In this document: positions 59,963 to 64,000 of the stretch, piece after piece
Numbering within the stretch: the stretch's first letter is position 1
How the letters are laid out: the number at the start of each line of letters is the position of its first letter
Assembly (NCBI GenBank): GCA_964530985.1
Contig: CAZHCH010000009.1
Span: 1,865 to 65,864 of the forward strand
Length of the DNA: 64,000 nucleotides
Reading direction: 5' to 3'
Source of the DNA: an uncultured Pirellulaceae bacterium
GTDB lineage: Bacteria; Planctomycetota; Planctomycetia; Pirellulales; Pirellulaceae
Made by a program: the position numbers and the translations under genes
Notes under the pieces: generated by a model
What the model was told of the DNA's origin: nothing
Databases searched by the model: none
What the model saw: only the letters and a program-made list of their open reading frames with translations

Positions 59963-60925
59963 TTGCCAAAATATATTGTTCGATACGGGTTAATGCGAAG
60001 CATCGGGGTGCTGACCTCGCGCAATGACCAATCGTATCGGCGGGGCAATGAAGTGGTCGTCCGATCCGATCGCGGGGTTGAAGTCGGCCAAGTGCTCTGC
60101 GAAGCGACCGACGATGCGTTAACACATCTGGATCAACCGCCAACGGGTTCCATCTTGCGAATGGTCTCCAGTGACGATGCCAGCAATATAAACTCCATCG
60201 ACGCTGATCGTTTCAACAAAATCGAAACCTGCAAACAAGAGATTTCTAAGCTAGGCTTGGCGATGAAGTTGATCGACGTCGAAACTTTGCTTGGTGGCGA
60301 GCGAATTGTGGTGTTTTATGTTGCCGACGATCGAGTGGACTTTCGACAGCTTGTTAAAGTGCTTGCGAGTGAATTTAAAACGCGAATCGAAATGCGACAG
60401 GTTGGCGTCCGAGACGAAGCAAAACTACTGGCGGACTATGGCGATTGTGGCAAGCCTGTGTGCTGCAACAACCATTTAGTTACAATGCCGCCAGTGTCCA
60501 TGAAAATGGCTAAACTGCAAAAAGCGACTTTAGACCCAACAAAAATTTCAGGACGATGTGGACGCCTGAAGTGCTGTCTTCGATACGAGTTTGATACGTA
60601 TGAAGAAATACATAAACAGCTACCAAAGGTCGGAGCGCACATTGTTACCGCCAATGGTCGAGCAAAAGTTTTAAACCAACAGATCATTGCTGAGCAACTT
60701 TTGATTGAAATGGAAGACCATCGGCGAATGGTGATTGATGCCAGCGAAGTCCTCTCCGTAATCAAGAGTCAAGTTGGTGGTAGCAAAAAGAAAAAAGCAA
60801 AAAAACCGCCCAAGGCGACTCAAAAGGGTTCAGATTCGTCAACTAGCGAAACCAAGCTAGCCCCACAAAAACCGACAAAATCTACTCGTAGCCAAAAGCC
60901 TAAGAAGCGAAACGGACAATCTTGA
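59963..60925 (+). CDS. PSP1/RicT (YaaT-like) protein
   Basis: RVDFRQLVK.LA..FKTRIEMRQVGVRDEAK, GDCGKPVCC, KISGRCGRLKCCLRYE; Lys-rich tail. Confidence 0.9.
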   Translation: MPKYIVRYGLMRSIGVLTSRNDQSYRRGNEVVVRSDRGVEVGQVLCEATDDALTHLDQPPTGSILRMVSSDDASNINSIDADRFNKIETCKQEISKLGLAMKLIDVETLLGGERIVVFYVADDRVDFRQLVKVLASEFKTRIEMRQVGVRDEAKLLADYGDCGKPVCCNNHLVTMPPVSMKMAKLQKATLDPTKISGRCGRLKCCLRYEFDTYEEIHKQLPKVGAHIVTANGRAKVLNQQIIAEQLLIEMEDHRRMVIDASEVLSVIKSQVGGSKKKKAKKPPKATQKGSDSSTSETKLAPQKPTKSTRSQKPKKRNGQS

Positions 60926-61128
60926 AAACGGGAATAACCGGGCTTGGACTCAATTTGCGATTGGTCTAAAACCGTTTCAGGTTAAAATGAGTTATCGCAT
61001 TCTTGGACTTATGAGAACATCGGTTTTTCCAAGTCGTTATTTGAGACTAGGTTTGCGTCCCTCCAATTAAAAATCGCCGGTCGCCGTTCGGTCGCCCGGC
61101 GAAATACTATGAGATCGAGTATAAGCAA

Positions 61129-61554
61129 ATGCATGACGAGATTGCGATGTTCGAAATTGTCGAAAACGATTCACGATATCCGATGGAGGCTTATCAGTTT
61201 GTTCGCGAGGCATTGGTTTATGCTTCAGACAACATGCAGTTGCAACTGCAAGAATTCGAACGTTTTACTGAAGATGATGGACCAGTAGTCGAACGACATT
61301 TCACTGGTCAACAACTCTGCGAAGCCATTCGGCGATACGCGATCAACCAGTTCGGCTACATGGCCAAAGTAGTTTTACGCAACTGGAACATCGATTCGAC
61401 CAGTTGTTTTGGTGACCTTGTGTACAACATGATCGAAGCTGAAATGATGAAAAAGTCAGAAAACGATCAACGCAAAGATTTCAACGACGTGTATGAGTTT
61501 GACGACGTTTTTGAAACAGACCTCGAAATCAACGCCTCCGCTGCGAACCTATAG
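61129..61554 (+). CDS. Minf_1886-family (PVC-restricted) protein
   Basis: DSRYPMEAYQFVREAL...RHFTGQQLCEAIR..A..QFGYMA.VVL.NW....FGDLVYNMI. Confidence 0.82.
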   Translation: MHDEIAMFEIVENDSRYPMEAYQFVREALVYASDNMQLQLQEFERFTEDDGPVVERHFTGQQLCEAIRRYAINQFGYMAKVVLRNWNIDSTSCFGDLVYNMIEAEMMKKSENDQRKDFNDVYEFDDVFETDLEINASAANL

Positions 61555-61696
61555 TTCAATTCGTCGATTTTGCACTCGTTACCGTCGACATCGTCCGGTG
61601 ACATAAGCGAAGTTAATTTCATTCCGATTTCACCAACAAAACATCTGCCCCTACGATCGGGAACCACTTGTTTTGAACCCCAGTGATCGCGTCAGA

Positions 61697-61879
61697 ATGC
61701 CTCACAAACAATCCGCATCAACCGCTGACTCCGCTAGCGAAACCGAAGCATCCGCAAGAGAAATTTCAGCATCCCCGATTGCGCCTGCGACCAAGCGCTT
61801 CCGAATCTCAGTCGCTCTGTTTTGTGTTTGGTTGGCATTTCTGATCTACCTTGCCTGCTTGACTTGGAGTGGCAAGTGA
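61697..61879 (+). CDS. Small C-terminally anchored membrane protein
   Basis: Polar N-terminus then FRISVALFCVWLAFLIYLA; stop overlaps the next start as GTGA (ORF opens at 61673). Confidence 0.55.
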   Translation: MPHKQSASTADSASETEASAREISASPIAPATKRFRISVALFCVWLAFLIYLACLTWSGK

Positions 61880-62832
61880 AACTGATTGTGCTGGACGGTA
61901 AAACGCTCAACCCAGGAGATAATCCATGGGATCCACTAGAACGCTTGGGAATCATAGAGGTATTCGACCGAACCCCTGACGATCAAATCGTGGCCCGCTG
62001 CGCTGACGCGTCGATTGTGTTAACCAACAAAGTGCCTTTTACCAAGGCCACACTCGACCAATTGCCGAACTTAAAATTTATTGCAGTAACAGCTACCGGT
62101 TTCAACATCGTCGACACCGCTGCAGCCGCCGATCGCGGTATCGTAGTTTCAAACGTCCCTGAATACAGCACTCAATCGGTAGCGCAACATGTGTTCGCGA
62201 TGCTGTTGTCCTTTTTGCACCGACCGTCAGAACATCATCAAGCGATCGTTGATGGGCAATGGCAAGCCATTGGCGACTTTTCGTTTACGCTCCTTCCAAT
62301 TCAAGAACTGGTTGGAAAAACATTTGGAATTATAGGGACGGGTCGCATCGGCCGAGCAACCGCCGCGGTTGCAACTGCGTTTGGAATGCGCGTGGTGGCC
62401 AGTAGCCGCCAGCATGCCGCCCCCTCATCGGATGACAATTTCGCACGGCTCCCGATCGAACAATTGTTTGCCGAAGCGGACGTGGTGAGCCTCCACTGTC
62501 CGCTGACCGATCACAACCAACAATTTGTCGATGCCGAGCTGCTGTCGCGGATGAAACCGTCTTCCATTCTGGTCAACACGGCCCGAGGTGGATTGGTTGA
62601 CGAACAAGCGTTAGCAAACGCGTTGAATACGGACGTGATTGCAGGGGCTTTACTGGACGTGTGCAGCACCGAACCAATTGGTGCGGACAACCCTTTGCTA
62701 AGTGCGAAGAACTGTGTACTAACGCCACACATCGCGTGGGCCACTCTGGCGGCTCGACAACGCTTAATGCAAACCACAGCCAAAAACATCGCGGCATTCT
62801 TACAAGGCCAACCACAAAACGTGGTCAGCTAA
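61876..62832 (+). CDS. D-2-hydroxyacid dehydrogenase (glycerate dehydrogenase/HprA-like)
   Basis: VLDGKTLNPGD, ATGFNIVD, NVPEYST.SVAQH, GIIGTGRIG, SLHCPLT, NTARG, TPHIAWA; GTG start with GGAG RBS. Confidence 0.9.
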   Translation: MKLIVLDGKTLNPGDNPWDPLERLGIIEVFDRTPDDQIVARCADASIVLTNKVPFTKATLDQLPNLKFIAVTATGFNIVDTAAAADRGIVVSNVPEYSTQSVAQHVFAMLLSFLHRPSEHHQAIVDGQWQAIGDFSFTLLPIQELVGKTFGIIGTGRIGRATAAVATAFGMRVVASSRQHAAPSSDDNFARLPIEQLFAEADVVSLHCPLTDHNQQFVDAELLSRMKPSSILVNTARGGLVDEQALANALNTDVIAGALLDVCSTEPIGADNPLLSAKNCVLTPHIAWATLAARQRLMQTTAKNIAAFLQGQPQNVVS

Positions 62833-62929
62833 GACGATGCCCGTAACGACCCACTGGACGGCGGTCGCGCAGTTTAACGACGATCCAGAGGGCGACCTCG
62901 TTTCCTCCATGCAGATCACCGACGCCTAC

Positions 62930-63613
62930 CTACTCAAATAGAGTAGGGTTTGTCTTTCTTAATTCCACCAACTCGCGGTCCAACCGCCGGTACTCTTGCG
63001 AATTAGCGTCGGGGGCAGCGGTTGAGAAGTAATCTTTTCCGATACCAAGGTATTCCTTGATACCAGCGACTTCTGAAGGATCTTGGTCGGCGATCAGCGA
63101 TTCAAGTTCGAAGTCTCGGTCCCACAAAATCTGGTCGGCCAAGGCTTCAATTTGTTCTTCCCAGCGATCGATATCTGTGCAACCACAATCGGGTAGCCCC
63201 GCAAGCTCATCTTCGGACCGTTGGTGCCAATCGCTATCGCTTACAATATCGGTGCGTCTGGCGGCGAGGATTGCGTTGCGCAGATGGAAAGAAACTTCAT
63301 CTTCACCGTAGGCATCAATTTCCACTTCGATCAGACTTAGTAGATCTTTAAAGACACCGTAGATGGTACCTTCGAGCGTAGCGGATAGTTCCGGCGGAGG
63401 AATTTCGGGCTTTAGCAGCGCCATCGTAACGATATGCAGTGCTCTCAATTGCTGAGTCGGCTGCAGGCGGTCAAACGCGGCGACACCGACCCGGTGCGAC
63501 TCATTTATTTCAACCGAGACACACAACATATCTCGCATGTAAGCCACCGCTTCCAAGAAAATCGCGGCTTCATCTGGGGTAAGTACCCGATCACCGTAAG
63601 AGGTATTCCACAT
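62930..63613 (-). CDS. Hypothetical acidic protein
   Basis: Clean ORF MWNTSYGDRVL...LADQILWDRDFE..YLGIGKDYF; GGAG RBS before ATG 63613 (ORF opens at 63655). Confidence 0.72.
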   Translation of the reverse strand: MWNTSYGDRVLTPDEAAIFLEAVAYMRDMLCVSVEINESHRVGVAAFDRLQPTQQLRALHIVTMALLKPEIPPPELSATLEGTIYGVFKDLLSLIEVEIDAYGEDEVSFHLRNAILAARRTDIVSDSDWHQRSEDELAGLPDCGCTDIDRWEEQIEALADQILWDRDFELESLIADQDPSEVAGIKEYLGIGKDYFSTAAPDANSQEYRRLDRELVELRKTNPTLFE

Positions 63614-64000
63614 TGCTTCGAATCTCCGTGTTCGACTCCATTTCCTTGACCGCATTAACAGTAATTAAACCCAACAAAGGACGCAACCAACCAAGATGGA
63701 TAATTTTTATCTTCCTCGATTGGACGGCCATATCCCAAGATTCAATGAAGCGATAAACACTTAGAAATACGCATTTAAAAAACGCAATTTTCTTGACATG
63801 GCAATCAAAAACATTACTTTCTATTGCAAACTCTTTATAGAAATGTCGAGCTCGTTCGAAATCGTTCGCTGCGACAATCATTTAGTGCTTCGCCGCAGCT
63901 AAAACTTCGGGATGATACCATTAGCCGCTGGGCGATCGCCCCGGGTTTATACAAGCGAAACCAATACAAAGTAAAAACGACTCGTTTTCGCAGCTGCGAA

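Noticed and set aside
38017-62832. Dedicated serine/glycine metabolic island (gcvTHP, serCA, hprA-like)
   Set aside because: The genes are spread over 25 kb with unrelated genes between them; no shared motif was seen.

Overview
Chromosomal 64-kb window from a planctomycete, most likely Pirellulaceae. This is inferred from family content (Minf_1886-type protein, HTH_17-receiver regulator, MoxR/DUF58/BatA operon, planctomycete-type Ser/Thr kinases). About 45 protein genes are present, with no rRNA, tRNA, CRISPR, transposase or phage genes. Housekeeping genes include mnmG, gcvT-gcvH-gcvP-lipoate ligase, serC-serA, an RluA-family synthase, maf, nhaC, an oleC-like ligase and a D-2-hydroxyacid dehydrogenase. 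The most interesting block is a 16-kb, mostly translationally coupled nine-gene operon (15.3-31.5 kb). It joins a MoxR AAA+/DUF58/BatA/vWA/coiled-coil chaperone core to a set of predicted exported thiol/heme proteins: a DUF4159-like protein with CCCC, a degenerate UshA-like CxC + tetraheme c lipoprotein, a WCQPC thioredoxin-HEAT protein and a SIMPL protein. It converges on an exported nickel superoxide dismutase with an unusual propeptide. Other oddities are an orphan OMF/Alg44-like adaptor pair with an apparently truncated barrel strand, a degenerate-FHA + DYG kinase module, an FHA-ECF-ZAS-TPR-M48-BON run, and several candidate operators and leader structures. All family calls are from motif recognition by eye; no searches were run.
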